From contig CAZLUG010000002.1 in NCBI GenBank assembly GCA_964562675.1, positions 5,852 to 69,851 of the forward strand: a DNA stretch of 64,000 bases, given 5' to 3'. Made by a program: the position numbers and the translations under genes. Below the pieces are notes generated by a model that had not been told where the DNA came from, searched no databases, and saw only the letters and a list, made by a program, of their open reading frames with translations. The DNA is from an uncultured Candidatus Saccharibacteria bacterium. Its GTDB lineage: Bacteria > Patescibacteriota > Minisyncoccia > Minisyncoccales > CG1-02-41-26. Below, piece after piece: positions 37,337 through 46,728 of this stretch (positions within the stretch are counted from its first letter, which is position 1; each line of letters starts with the position of its first letter).

Positions 37337-40300
37337 ATGGATCTTCCAAAACGAGAGGAACAAATTATAAAATTTTGGCAGCAGAGAAAGATTTTCCAAA
37401 AGTCTCTGAAGCAGAACAAAAAGCGGCCTTATTTTAGTTTTTACGATGGGCCTCCTTTTGCTACCGGTTTACCGCATTATGGACACATTCTAGCTTCAAC
37501 CGTTAAAGACACCGTTTTACGTTATTGGTCTCAGCATCGTTATAGAGTTGAGTGGCGAGTGGGGTGGGATTGCCATGGGCTACCAGTAGAGAATCTTATT
37601 GAAAAAGAGTTAGGAGTTAAAACAAAAAAAGAGATTGAAAAGAAAATTGGTGTAGGAAAATTTAATCGAGCTTGCCGAAATTCTGTTTTTCGTTGTGTCA
37701 ACGACTTTCAAAAAATTCTTCAGCGAATAGGGCGATGGGCTGATTATGCAAATGCCTACGCTACTTTAGACCCGAATTACACCGAAAGTGTTTGGTGGGT
37801 TTTTAAAAAATTATTTGATAAAAAACTTATCTATCAGGATTACCGTGTAACTCCTTACTGCCCGCGTTGTGGCACTCCGTTGTCTAACTTTGAAGTTAAC
37901 CTAGGATACAAAAATGTTGAAGATGAATCTATTTACGTAAAATTTGCTCTTTTAGACCAGCCTCAAACTTTCTTTTTAGTTTGGACTACTACTCCCTGGA
38001 CTCTACCAGCTAATCTTGCCATAGCCGTTAACCAAAAATTTGAATATGTAAAAATTCGCCTAGAAAATAATGACAATAATCTTTCTCCTCAATTTCTTAT
38101 CTTGGCGAAAAAGCGGTTGGGCATTATTAAAGGAAATTATAAAATTATAGAAAATTTGTCTGGCCGTAAATTAGTGGGTTTGGCATATTCTCCTCTTTAC
38201 AAATTGAGAAATCATGAATTTAATCTTGAGCAAAAAAACAAAATTTTTAAGGTTGTTCCAGCTGATTTTGTTACCCTAGAGGAAGGGACAGGATTGGTGC
38301 ATATGGCCCCAGCTTTTGGGGAAGACGATCGGCAGGTAGGGAAAAAGTTTAACTTGCCTATTCTTATAACTATCAATTCCGAAGGGTCAATTTTGAAAGG
38401 ATTAGGTATTCCCGGTGAAGGAAAATTTGTTAAAGAAGCAGACAAAGACATTAAAACAGATTTAAAGAAACGAAATTTGCTTTATCGAGCAGAGAAAATT
38501 AAACATATTTATCCATTTTGTTATCGCTGTGATACCCCGCTTTTGTATTATCCCCTAAAAAGCTGGTATTTGAAGGTTACCGATTTTAGAAAACAATTAG
38601 TGGCTAACAACCAAAAAATTAATTGGCGTCCGAATTACTTAAAAAATGGGCGTTTTGGAAAATGGCTGAAAGGAGCAAGAGATTGGTGTTTATCCCGTAA
38701 TCGTTATTGGGGTGCTCCTATTCCTATTTGGGAGTGTTCTCATTGCCAAAAGAAAATAGCTGTTGGTTCAAAACAAGAATTAGGCAGACTAAGTACCACG
38801 TCTAACTTTTATTACCTTTTAAGGCATGGTGAAACTTCCTGCCATCAAAAAGGAATCATTGCCAATGATATTAACCATGATACCTGCCACTTGACTTCAG
38901 CGGGGAAAAAACAAATTCAAGAGGTGGCAAAGAAGTTAAGGAAAGAAAAAATCGATGTTATTTTTGCTTCTGATTTACGGCGCACTAAAGAAACCGCAAA
39001 CATTGTAGCTAAAACTCTTGGCCTAAAGGTAGAATTTTCTCCGAAACTTCGGGATCTGAATGTAGGACTCTACAATGGCCGTAGACTCGATTTTATTAAA
39101 GAACAAGTTTCTTTTGCAAAAAATCCCCAAGAAGCCTTTCCTAAAGGAGAAAGCTTAGTAAGCTGTTGGCAAAGAATGAAAGATGTCTTTCACGATACGG
39201 AGAGCAAATATCAAGGAAAAAAAGTACTAGTCATAGGACACGCCTTTCCCTTAAAATGCTTTGAGGGTATTCTTAAAGGCCATGGTTTATCTGAGGTGAG
39301 AGCAAAGAGAAATTTTGAAGTTGCTGAATTAAAAAAGATTGTCGGCAAAAAATGGCCCTTCAATGAAAGCGGAGAATTTGATTTTCATCGTCCCTACATT
39401 GATGAAGTTACACTCAAGTGTCCGATTTGCCATCATCCAATGAAACGCGTCCCTGAAGTTTTTGATTGCTGGTTTGAATCTGGTTCAATGCCGTATGCTC
39501 AGTGGCATTATCCTTTCAGCCACAAAAAAGTCGTGGAGAAAACTTTTCCCGCCGATTTTATTGCTGAAGGCGTAGACCAAACTCGAGGATGGTTTTATAC
39601 CTTGCATGTTTTAGCTACAGCCTTAACTCTGGAAAATATTGGCTTAGGAAAAAATAAGCCGGCCTTCAAGAATGTCATTGCCCACGGTTTAGTTCTAGGA
39701 GAAGATGGACGAAAGCTCTCTAAACACCTTAAGAATTATTCATCCCCCAATAACATTATCGACCATTACGGAGCTGATGCTTTACGTTTCTTTTTGCTGA
39801 GTTCTACGCCTATTGGACAGGATTATATTTTCTCTCAAAAAAGATTATCAATTACTTTTCGCCAAGTCATTGTAACTCTTTGGAACTCTTGGCAGTTTTT
39901 AAAAACATATTTACCAAAAGGGTTTATTTTGACGCCGAAAATTCAACCCCAAAATATTCTCGACAAATGGATTCTCTCTCGATTAGGTACTTTAGAAATT
40001 GAAATAGAAAAACAAATGAAGGCTTACCAATTGACCAAAGCAACTAGATTAATTGGAGTTTTTATAGATGATTTGTCAAATTGGTATATTCGCCGTTCGC
40101 GAATTAATTTTCAAAAAGAATCGGGAAAAACCGATAAAATAAAATCTGCCAACTTACTGGGTTTTACCTTGCTAAGATTATCCCAAATTTCTGCTCCGTT
40201 TATGCCTTTTTTAAGCGAAATGATTTATCAGTGGTTAAAAGAAAAAGCTCAATGGAAACTTCCCGAATCGGTCCATCTCACTCGTTATCCCGAAAAAGAG

Positions 40301-40834
40301 AAATCGTTTCAAAGCATTGCTCTGGAACGAAAAATGAAATTGGCCCGAGAAATAGTTGCTGAAATTCTTAGCCAGCGCTCTTCGCATAATTTAAAGATTC
40401 GCCAGCCTCTAAGCAAAGTAAGTTTTCCTCTAGATAAACTAAAAAATAAGAAATTGTGGAAAGTGGTGCAAGAAGAGACAAATATCCAAAAAATTGTCTT
40501 TAATCAAAAGCAGAAAGAGAATATTATTCTAGATACCAAACTTACCCCAGAGTTAAAAGAAGCAGGATTTTTAAGGGAGTTTATGCACGATATTCGGTCA
40601 CTGCGCAAAAAGACCGGTTTTAACCGTTTCCAAAAAACCAGCTTGAGTGTTACCGGTAATGAAAAATTTGTCTCTCTTGTCCAGAAAAATCAAGCAATTA
40701 TCCAAAAGGAGACATTATTGCAAGACATCCATTTTCCTCTTAGGGAAAGCGATATTTCTCAACAAGAAACGTACCTCCAAAAAGATTTTATTTTTCTTGA
40801 ATTTCAAGGTAAGATTTACTTGAGGAAGAATTAA
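37337..40834 (+). CDS. ileS: isoleucyl-tRNA synthetase, type 2 (eukaryote-like), carrying an inserted histidine-phosphatase domain
   Basis: Class I aaRS with PPFATGLPHYGHIL (HIGH region) and KLSKHLKNY (KMSKS-like). Type-2 IleRS blocks are WCLSRNRYWGAPIPIW and HRPYIDEVTLKCPICHHPMKRVPEVFDCWFESGSMPYAQ. A ~190-aa insert lies between these two blocks. Confidence 0.93.
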   Translation: MDLPKREEQIIKFWQQRKIFQKSLKQNKKRPYFSFYDGPPFATGLPHYGHILASTVKDTVLRYWSQHRYRVEWRVGWDCHGLPVENLIEKELGVKTKKEIEKKIGVGKFNRACRNSVFRCVNDFQKILQRIGRWADYANAYATLDPNYTESVWWVFKKLFDKKLIYQDYRVTPYCPRCGTPLSNFEVNLGYKNVEDESIYVKFALLDQPQTFFLVWTTTPWTLPANLAIAVNQKFEYVKIRLENNDNNLSPQFLILAKKRLGIIKGNYKIIENLSGRKLVGLAYSPLYKLRNHEFNLEQKNKIFKVVPADFVTLEEGTGLVHMAPAFGEDDRQVGKKFNLPILITINSEGSILKGLGIPGEGKFVKEADKDIKTDLKKRNLLYRAEKIKHIYPFCYRCDTPLLYYPLKSWYLKVTDFRKQLVANNQKINWRPNYLKNGRFGKWLKGARDWCLSRNRYWGAPIPIWECSHCQKKIAVGSKQELGRLSTTSNFYYLLRHGETSCHQKGIIANDINHDTCHLTSAGKKQIQEVAKKLRKEKIDVIFASDLRRTKETANIVAKTLGLKVEFSPKLRDLNVGLYNGRRLDFIKEQVSFAKNPQEAFPKGESLVSCWQRMKDVFHDTESKYQGKKVLVIGHAFPLKCFEGILKGHGLSEVRAKRNFEVAELKKIVGKKWPFNESGEFDFHRPYIDEVTLKCPICHHPMKRVPEVFDCWFESGSMPYAQWHYPFSHKKVVEKTFPADFIAEGVDQTRGWFYTLHVLATALTLENIGLGKNKPAFKNVIAHGLVLGEDGRKLSKHLKNYSSPNNIIDHYGADALRFFLLSSTPIGQDYIFSQKRLSITFRQVIVTLWNSWQFLKTYLPKGFILTPKIQPQNILDKWILSRLGTLEIEIEKQMKAYQLTKATRLIGVFIDDLSNWYIRRSRINFQKESGKTDKIKSANLLGFTLLRLSQISAPFMPFLSEMIYQWLKEKAQWKLPESVHLTRYPEKEKSFQSIALERKMKLAREIVAEILSQRSSHNLKIRQPLSKVSFPLDKLKNKKLWKVVQEETNIQKIVFNQKQKENIILDTKLTPELKEAGFLREFMHDIRSLRKKTGFNRFQKTSLSVTGNEKFVSLVQKNQAIIQKETLLQDIHFPLRESDISQQETYLQKDFIFLEFQGKIYLRKN
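38807..39300 (+). other. embedded histidine phosphatase (PGAM/His_Phos_1-like) domain within ileS
   Basis: Catalytic RHG motif YYLLRHGETSCHQ (codons at 38810-38833). An Arg motif is in ASDLRRTKETANIV. The second catalytic His is in KKVLVIGHAFPLKCF. The domain length is ~165 aa. Confidence 0.7.
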
Positions 40835-40926
40835 ATCTTTTCTTTTTAAAAACTTAGAATTTAAAGCAAGTATTATATAATAAAGGTCAATAATATTCTG
40901 TCATTAATTATGAAAAGATTATTTTT

Positions 40927-41472
40927 ATGAAAAAATGGTTAAAGTTCCTATTAATTTTCCTTATTATTTTGGCAATTTCAGTTATCGTTTTGGCTTTTAT
41001 TGGTTCTAAAGGGGGAAAACTATCTCCTAATATTTTTCACCTTAATAAAGGAACAAAGAAAACTCCCCTCAATGAAGTAGTTGTAGATAATGTAAGGTTC
41101 AAATTGGTTTCTTTAAAAAACCTTGGCAGTGTTCTCCAGGGGAAAGATGCTCCTTATCTAAAAAGGATAAGCAACTTGCAGGCCGAAGGAAAATTTCTGG
41201 AAATTACTTTATCAGCGGAAAATTTAGGCACTACTTCCCAGCCATATTGGTTTGTCTCTTATCTTGTTGACGGAGAAGGAAAGCAGTTACGTACAGGCTG
41301 GAAAGCCGAAAGCTGGATTCCTCAAAATGATGAATGCTATGGGAGGCTTGATCCAGGAAAGGCGCCGAAAATTTGTAAGAAAATTTTCGATGTCCCCTTA
41401 GACGCAGCTGGTCTAAAGTTAAAGGTGGAAGTTGGCCTTAAATACAATGGTTTGTTGAATTTGGGAATATAA
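40927..41472 (+). CDS. hypothetical secreted/membrane-anchored protein (DUF4352-like pattern, tentative)
   Basis: N-terminal TM/signal WLKFLLIFLIILAISVIVLAFIG, followed by a ~150-aa beta-rich domain. Confidence 0.4.
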   Translation: MKKWLKFLLIFLIILAISVIVLAFIGSKGGKLSPNIFHLNKGTKKTPLNEVVVDNVRFKLVSLKNLGSVLQGKDAPYLKRISNLQAEGKFLEITLSAENLGTTSQPYWFVSYLVDGEGKQLRTGWKAESWIPQNDECYGRLDPGKAPKICKKIFDVPLDAAGLKLKVEVGLKYNGLLNLGI

Positions 41473-41567
41473 AATTTACTCTGAAGACTTGCGATAATCT
41501 TATTTTGTAAATTTTGTTTAAGTTTTTCTGAATTAAATTTTAATGTGTTTTTCTAAGGAGAATTTCT

Positions 41568-42773
41568 ATGTTGAATGGATTACAAACGGAGAAGATATTT
41601 ACGGTCAGCGAATTTATTTCTCTCCTAAATAGAATTTTGTTGCCCCAGAGAGCGATTGTTCAAGGAGAGGTGGGAAAGATGAGTCAAAGAGCTAGCTATA
41701 CATTTTTCCCGCTTCGTGATAAGCAAAAACAAGAGACTTTAAATTGTTTTGTCTGGCAGGATAAGTTGGAATATTTTGGGACTACTCTCAAAGAGGGGAT
41801 GGAAATAAAAGTTGAAGGTTTCCCAGCTATCTTTCGCCGTACCGGAAGTTTAAATTTTCAAGTAGAACAGATTGCGTTGGTAGGAGAAGGAGCCCTAAAA
41901 CAGGCTTTTGAAGCTTTAAAAAGAAAACTTAAAGAACTTGGCTATTTTTCTTTAGAGCATAAAAAGGTCATTCCTCGATTTTCGCAAAAGATAGGACTTA
42001 TTACTTCTCGTTTTGCCGCTGCAAAAACTGATTTTCTTGAGCATCTCGGCAAATTCAGCTTCGAAATTTATTTTTATGATGTCAGAGTTGAGGGAATAAG
42101 AGCAGTAGATGATATTATTAGGGCTATCCGTTGGTTTAATGAAAATATGTCTGACATTGATGTTCTCGTTATAACTCGTGGCGGAGGAAGTTGGGAAAGC
42201 CTGCAAGCTTTTAACTCGGAAATGGTTGCCAGAGCTATTTTTGCCTCAAAGATTCCTATTATTGCGGGGGTAGGTCATGAGGTAGATGAAACAATTGCTG
42301 GTTTTATAGCTGATAAAAGAGCATCAACTCCCACCCATGCTGCTCGAATCTTAAGTGATCCTTGGAAATTAGCCCGAGAATTAGTTGCAGAAGCCAAAGA
42401 AAATATTTTTTCCGCTTTAGCAAAATCCCGCCGTAATTATCAAATCCGCCTCAATAATATTTTTGCCCAAAATCTTTCTCTGTTTCGGGAAGCTCTCAGA
42501 AGGAACAATAAAGAGTTATCACAAAAAACTGTTCAGCTTTTTCAAAATTATTCACATTGGCTGGGAAGGCTAAAAAACACCTTAGATCAATATCAGGAAA
42601 AACTGATTCTTTCCAGCCCCCAACTGAAACTTAAGCAGGGTTATAGTATTGTTTTTAATCAAAAAGGTGAAATTCTTAAAAGAGCAGATGAGCTGAAACT
42701 TGGAGAAGAAATGACAACTATATTCTATCGCGGGAAGGCTAAATCAGAAGTAAAGAAATTAATCGATAAATAG
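41568..42773 (+). CDS. xseA: exodeoxyribonuclease VII large subunit
   Basis: N-terminal OB fold (IVQGEVGKMSQRASYTFFPLRDKQ...LNCFVWQ) and central catalytic region (GLITSRFAAAKTDF...VITRGGGSWESL). Confidence 0.9.
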   Translation: MLNGLQTEKIFTVSEFISLLNRILLPQRAIVQGEVGKMSQRASYTFFPLRDKQKQETLNCFVWQDKLEYFGTTLKEGMEIKVEGFPAIFRRTGSLNFQVEQIALVGEGALKQAFEALKRKLKELGYFSLEHKKVIPRFSQKIGLITSRFAAAKTDFLEHLGKFSFEIYFYDVRVEGIRAVDDIIRAIRWFNENMSDIDVLVITRGGGSWESLQAFNSEMVARAIFASKIPIIAGVGHEVDETIAGFIADKRASTPTHAARILSDPWKLARELVAEAKENIFSALAKSRRNYQIRLNNIFAQNLSLFREALRRNNKELSQKTVQLFQNYSHWLGRLKNTLDQYQEKLILSSPQLKLKQGYSIVFNQKGEILKRADELKLGEEMTTIFYRGKAKSEVKKLIDK

Positions 42774-42870
42774 TTTTTCTTCATAGACATAATATAGGTT
42801 TCGCAAATTAGTTTTAAGAAACTTGGAAATTTAAAGGGATTCTGTGTATTATTTTAATCATTAAGCAAAT

Positions 42871-43077
42871 ATGCCTACTGCAAAAAATAAAATAAATTTT
42901 AATGAAGCTTTTGCTGAACTTGAAGAAATTAATCAATGGTTTCAGCAGGAAAATATCGATTTAGACGAAGGCTTGAAAAAATTCAAGAGAGGCATGGAAC
43001 TTATAAATCTTTGCAAAAAAAGATTAACCGAAGTTGATAATAAGTTTCAAGAAGTTAAAAAAGAATTCTCAGACTAA
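42871..43077 (+). CDS. xseB: exodeoxyribonuclease VII small subunit
   Basis: 68-aa helical protein with FNEAFAELEEINQWFQQENIDLDEGLKKFKRGMELINLCKKRL, which is XseB-like. It immediately follows xseA. Confidence 0.85.
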   Translation: MPTAKNKINFNEAFAELEEINQWFQQENIDLDEGLKKFKRGMELINLCKKRLTEVDNKFQEVKKEFSD

Positions 43078-43078
43078 A

Positions 43079-46030
43079 ATGCCTAGAAAACTTAATTTGG
43101 CCCAAAAAAAAGCCGTCCACTTTAATGAAGGGCCTCTTTTAGTAGTTGCGGGCGCTGGAACTGGGAAAACAACGGTTATTACTCAACGTTTAGCATATTT
43201 AGTGAAAAACAAGAAAGCGAAAGCCAATGAGGTGCTTGCTTTAACTTTTACCGAGAAAGCCGTCGAGGAAATGGAAAATAGAATAGACGACTTGCTTTCT
43301 TCAAGCTACTTGGACCTTTGGATTTCAACATTTCATTCATTTTGTGAAAGAATCCTCCGTGATAACGCTTTTGATATAGGTCTCAGTCCGAATTTCAAAG
43401 TTCTTAATCAAACTTCATCTTGGCTTTTAGTGAGACAGAATATCAAAAGATTTAGATTGAATTATTACCGGCCTTTGGGGAACCCTTCTAGATTTATTTT
43501 TGCCCTTTTGAAACACTTTTCCCGATGCAAAGATGAAGGAATTTATCCTGAAAATTACTTGGAATTTGCCGAAAATTTCAAGGGCCTAAATTCTCAACTT
43601 AAAGAAGAAAAAGCTAGAATTAAAGAAGTAGCGAAAGCCTACGCTGATTATCAAAATTTGCTTTTAGAGAAAGGTTTTTTGGATTTTGGTGATTTAATAA
43701 ATTATACCTTAAAGGTTTTTCGCCAACGGAAAACTATTTTAGAACATTATCAAAAACAATTTAAATATATCTTAATTGATGAGTTTCAGGACACAAACTG
43801 GGCTCAATATGAATTGATAAAATTATTAGCTCTGCCAAAAAACAATCTCACGGTTTGCGCCGATGACGACCAATCTATTTATCTTTTTAGGGGAGCTTCT
43901 TTTAATAACGTTTTAAGGTTTCGCAAAGATTACCCAAAAGCCAAAGAGATTGTTTTAACCAAAAATTATCGTTCGACACAGAATATTCTTGACCTAGCCT
44001 ATAAATTTATCCAATTAAATAATCCGAATAGGCTTGAATACCAATTGAATAAAGACCGAGAAATTCTTCGTAAGGCAAAAGATAAGGGTGTAGATTTATC
44101 ACATTTTAAGAAAATAGACAAAAAACTTAAAGCCGTCACTGCTAAAAAGGGTATTATCAAATATCTTCACTTTGAGAGTTTAGCCAAGGAAGCCCAAGGT
44201 GTAGCTGAAGAAATTATTAAGATTTACCAGAAAGATTCTAAGACAAAATTAAGTGATTTCGTTGTTTTGGTGAGAGCCAATAAAAGCGCCCAGCCATTTT
44301 GCCAGGCTTTTAGTAAAGCTAATATTCCTTATCAATTTTTAGCACTAAAAGGGCTTTACCAAAAATCAGTAATTATTGACGTCATTTCTTATTTTAAGCT
44401 CTTAGATAATTACCATGAAGGACCTGCTTGTTATAGAGTTTTGAATTTACCTCATTGGGAAATTTCCCCAAAAGACATTTCAAAAATTATTTTTTCAAGC
44501 AGAATGCGCGCTCAATCTATCTATGAAACTCTTCTCAGGGTTGACACAATTAAGGATTTAAGCAAAAAAACAGTTTTGGCGGTGAAGCGCTTATTAAAAC
44601 TTCTTAAGAAACATTCTAAACTAGCGCGAGAGGGGAGTGTCAGTGAAGTTTTCACCGCATTTTTAGAAGACTCCGGCTATTTAAAGTACTTGGCTAAACA
44701 AAATAACCAGAAAAGCCGGGAGAGTTTAGAATATCTCGAGCAATTTTATGATAAAATTAAACTCTTTGAAGCTAGCGAGATAGATTCTCATTTAAGCAGT
44801 TTTAGGCAACAAATAGAATGGGAAATCGAAGCAGGGGAGGAAGGTTCACTAAAATTTGATGCATATTCTGAAAAAAATGCCGTTAAAATTATGACAATCC
44901 ATGCCGCTAAGGGACTAGAATTCAAATATGTTTTTTTAGTTAGCTTGGTGGATAAACATTTCCCAACAATTGCCGTTAAAGAACCTATTGAAATTCCAGA
45001 ACCTTTAATTAAAGAAGTTATTCCCAAAGGAGACATCCATTTGCAAGAAGAAAGAAGATTATTTTATGTTGGTTTAACTCGAGCAAAAAGGGGAATTTTC
45101 CTAACTTCCGGAGAAGATTACGGAGGACAAAGAAGAAAAAAGATATCAAGGTTTCTCCAAGAGCTTGGTTTTAAAGGGAAAATTCGAAAGAAAGCAGAAC
45201 CGAAACTTTCTTTCGAAAACAAAAATGCGTTTAAAAAAGATAAATCTTTTTCGTTCCGGAGAAAAATAAAAATTTCTCACCTTTCTTACACTCAGCTTGC
45301 CGCTTTTGAAAAATGTCCGCTCCAGTATAAATTTGCTCACATCTTAAAAATTCCCGTCAAAGGGAAAGCTTCTTTTACTTTTGGCAAGGTAATGCACCAC
45401 ACCCTTTTTGAGTTTGTTTCTTTGGCTAGCGAAAAGATAAAAAATCGCCAGCCAATTCCTCCATTTCGCAGCCTTCTTGAATTTTATAATAAAAATTGGC
45501 TGAACCAATGGTATTTAGACAGAGAACAACGTTCCGACTACAAAAAGTTAGGCGAAAAATCCTTAAGGAAATTTTACAAAGATTTTGCAAGTGAAAAGCC
45601 AATGATAAAATTTATTGATGAAAAGCCATTTTTAGAGAGAGGCTTCAATTTAAAAATGGGAAGTTATCACTTAACTGGTCAAATTGACCGCATCGATGAA
45701 TTAGAAGATGGGGAAGTAGAGATTATTGATTACAAAACGGGAAATCCAAAAAAAGCGCTTTCAAGAGAAGATAAAGAACAATTGTTAATTTATCAAATGG
45801 CGGTTGAAAATATTTTGGGATTAAAAATAAAAAGGCTTACTTACTATTATCTTAACAACAACCAAACGATTTCTTTTTTAGGAACTCAGAAAGAAAAAGA
45901 GTCTCTGAGACAAAAAATTTTGGCGGAAGCCAAAAAAATTGAATCTGGAAAATTTTCCCCTCATCCAGGATGGCAATGCCAATATTGTGACTTTCGGGAA
46001 ATATGCGAATTTAGGGAAAATCATCAATAA
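43079..46030 (+). CDS. UvrD/PcrA-family helicase fused to C-terminal Cas4/AddB-type Fe-S PD-(D/E)xK nuclease
   Basis: The ATG at 43079 abuts the xseB stop; the ORF-track start is an upstream TTG. Helicase motifs include Walker A GAGTGKTT, DEFQDTN, and the motif VI region VGLTRAK. The C-terminus has EKCPLQY (N-Cys), GQIDRIDELEDGEVEIIDYKTG (D...E-x-K), QLLIYQMAVE (QxxxY) and CQYCDFREIC (C-x2-C-x5-C). Confidence 0.85.
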   Translation: MPRKLNLAQKKAVHFNEGPLLVVAGAGTGKTTVITQRLAYLVKNKKAKANEVLALTFTEKAVEEMENRIDDLLSSSYLDLWISTFHSFCERILRDNAFDIGLSPNFKVLNQTSSWLLVRQNIKRFRLNYYRPLGNPSRFIFALLKHFSRCKDEGIYPENYLEFAENFKGLNSQLKEEKARIKEVAKAYADYQNLLLEKGFLDFGDLINYTLKVFRQRKTILEHYQKQFKYILIDEFQDTNWAQYELIKLLALPKNNLTVCADDDQSIYLFRGASFNNVLRFRKDYPKAKEIVLTKNYRSTQNILDLAYKFIQLNNPNRLEYQLNKDREILRKAKDKGVDLSHFKKIDKKLKAVTAKKGIIKYLHFESLAKEAQGVAEEIIKIYQKDSKTKLSDFVVLVRANKSAQPFCQAFSKANIPYQFLALKGLYQKSVIIDVISYFKLLDNYHEGPACYRVLNLPHWEISPKDISKIIFSSRMRAQSIYETLLRVDTIKDLSKKTVLAVKRLLKLLKKHSKLAREGSVSEVFTAFLEDSGYLKYLAKQNNQKSRESLEYLEQFYDKIKLFEASEIDSHLSSFRQQIEWEIEAGEEGSLKFDAYSEKNAVKIMTIHAAKGLEFKYVFLVSLVDKHFPTIAVKEPIEIPEPLIKEVIPKGDIHLQEERRLFYVGLTRAKRGIFLTSGEDYGGQRRKKISRFLQELGFKGKIRKKAEPKLSFENKNAFKKDKSFSFRRKIKISHLSYTQLAAFEKCPLQYKFAHILKIPVKGKASFTFGKVMHHTLFEFVSLASEKIKNRQPIPPFRSLLEFYNKNWLNQWYLDREQRSDYKKLGEKSLRKFYKDFASEKPMIKFIDEKPFLERGFNLKMGSYHLTGQIDRIDELEDGEVEIIDYKTGNPKKALSREDKEQLLIYQMAVENILGLKIKRLTYYYLNNNQTISFLGTQKEKESLRQKILAEAKKIESGKFSPHPGWQCQYCDFREICEFRENHQ

Positions 46031-46037
46031 CAAAAAA

Positions 46038-46706
46038 CTATTTTATCGTGCGCCATTCAATGTCAGAATCCTTGCCGGCAAACTCCAACCATTGGCCTTC
46101 AGGGTCAATGACGTACCATTTCTTGCGTGTTTGCGACCAAACCATAGGATTGCCATCGTAAAATGGTTTTTTTACTACATCTTTTGGTTTTAATTTATCA
46201 AGCTCTAGCCATTTTTTAAACACCGTCTCGATAGCATAATCCAAATTACGGGATTTCGCCCATTTAGATACTTTTAATATAGCTTTTTTTGCCATTTCTA
46301 CCGACCCCGCTAATTCTAAAAGCTGTTTTGCGGGTCGGGTAAATCTTGAATAAATTATCTTTCTTTTCGAAGCATTTTCCTTCAGCTGTTCTAAGCTTAT
46401 TTCCTTAGTTTTAAAATAATAGGTAACGATTTGGCGGATAGCGGTTTCTTTTTTTAAGTCTTGATAATACTTTATTTTTCCAGTTTTGAGATATTCTTCA
46501 ATTTTTACAGCAATACTTTTCCCGATTCCGGGAATATCCTTCAAACCTTTTATTCCTTTCTCTTTCAAAATAACGGAAACATCTGATTTCAATGAATTCA
46601 AAGATTCCGCCGCTATTTTATACGCTTTTGGTTTATAAGGTATGCCCTTAATAAGTAAAAGTTCCGATATCTCAGATAATATTTTAGCTATTTCCTGGTT
46701 TTTCAT
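46038..46706 (-). CDS. HhH DNA-binding protein resembling the N-terminal (8-kDa/lyase + fingers) region of family-X polymerases, without polymerase domain
   Basis: NQEIAKILSEISELLLIKGIPYKPKAYKIAAESL resembles the PolX N-terminal helix bundle. An HhH-GIG motif is present (IPGIGKSIAVKIEEYLKTGKI). The ~90-aa C-terminal part is unassigned. Confidence 0.5.
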   Translation of the reverse strand: MKNQEIAKILSEISELLLIKGIPYKPKAYKIAAESLNSLKSDVSVILKEKGIKGLKDIPGIGKSIAVKIEEYLKTGKIKYYQDLKKETAIRQIVTYYFKTKEISLEQLKENASKRKIIYSRFTRPAKQLLELAGSVEMAKKAILKVSKWAKSRNLDYAIETVFKKWLELDKLKPKDVVKKPFYDGNPMVWSQTRKKWYVIDPEGQWLEFAGKDSDIEWRTIK

Positions 46707-46728
46707 ATCTTAAAGGATAAAAGAAAAG

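Noticed and set aside
45939-46193. 84-aa + strand ORF spanning the helicase-nuclease stop and the start of the minus-strand HhH gene
   Set aside because: It overlaps two well-supported genes in other frames or on the other strand. Spurious.
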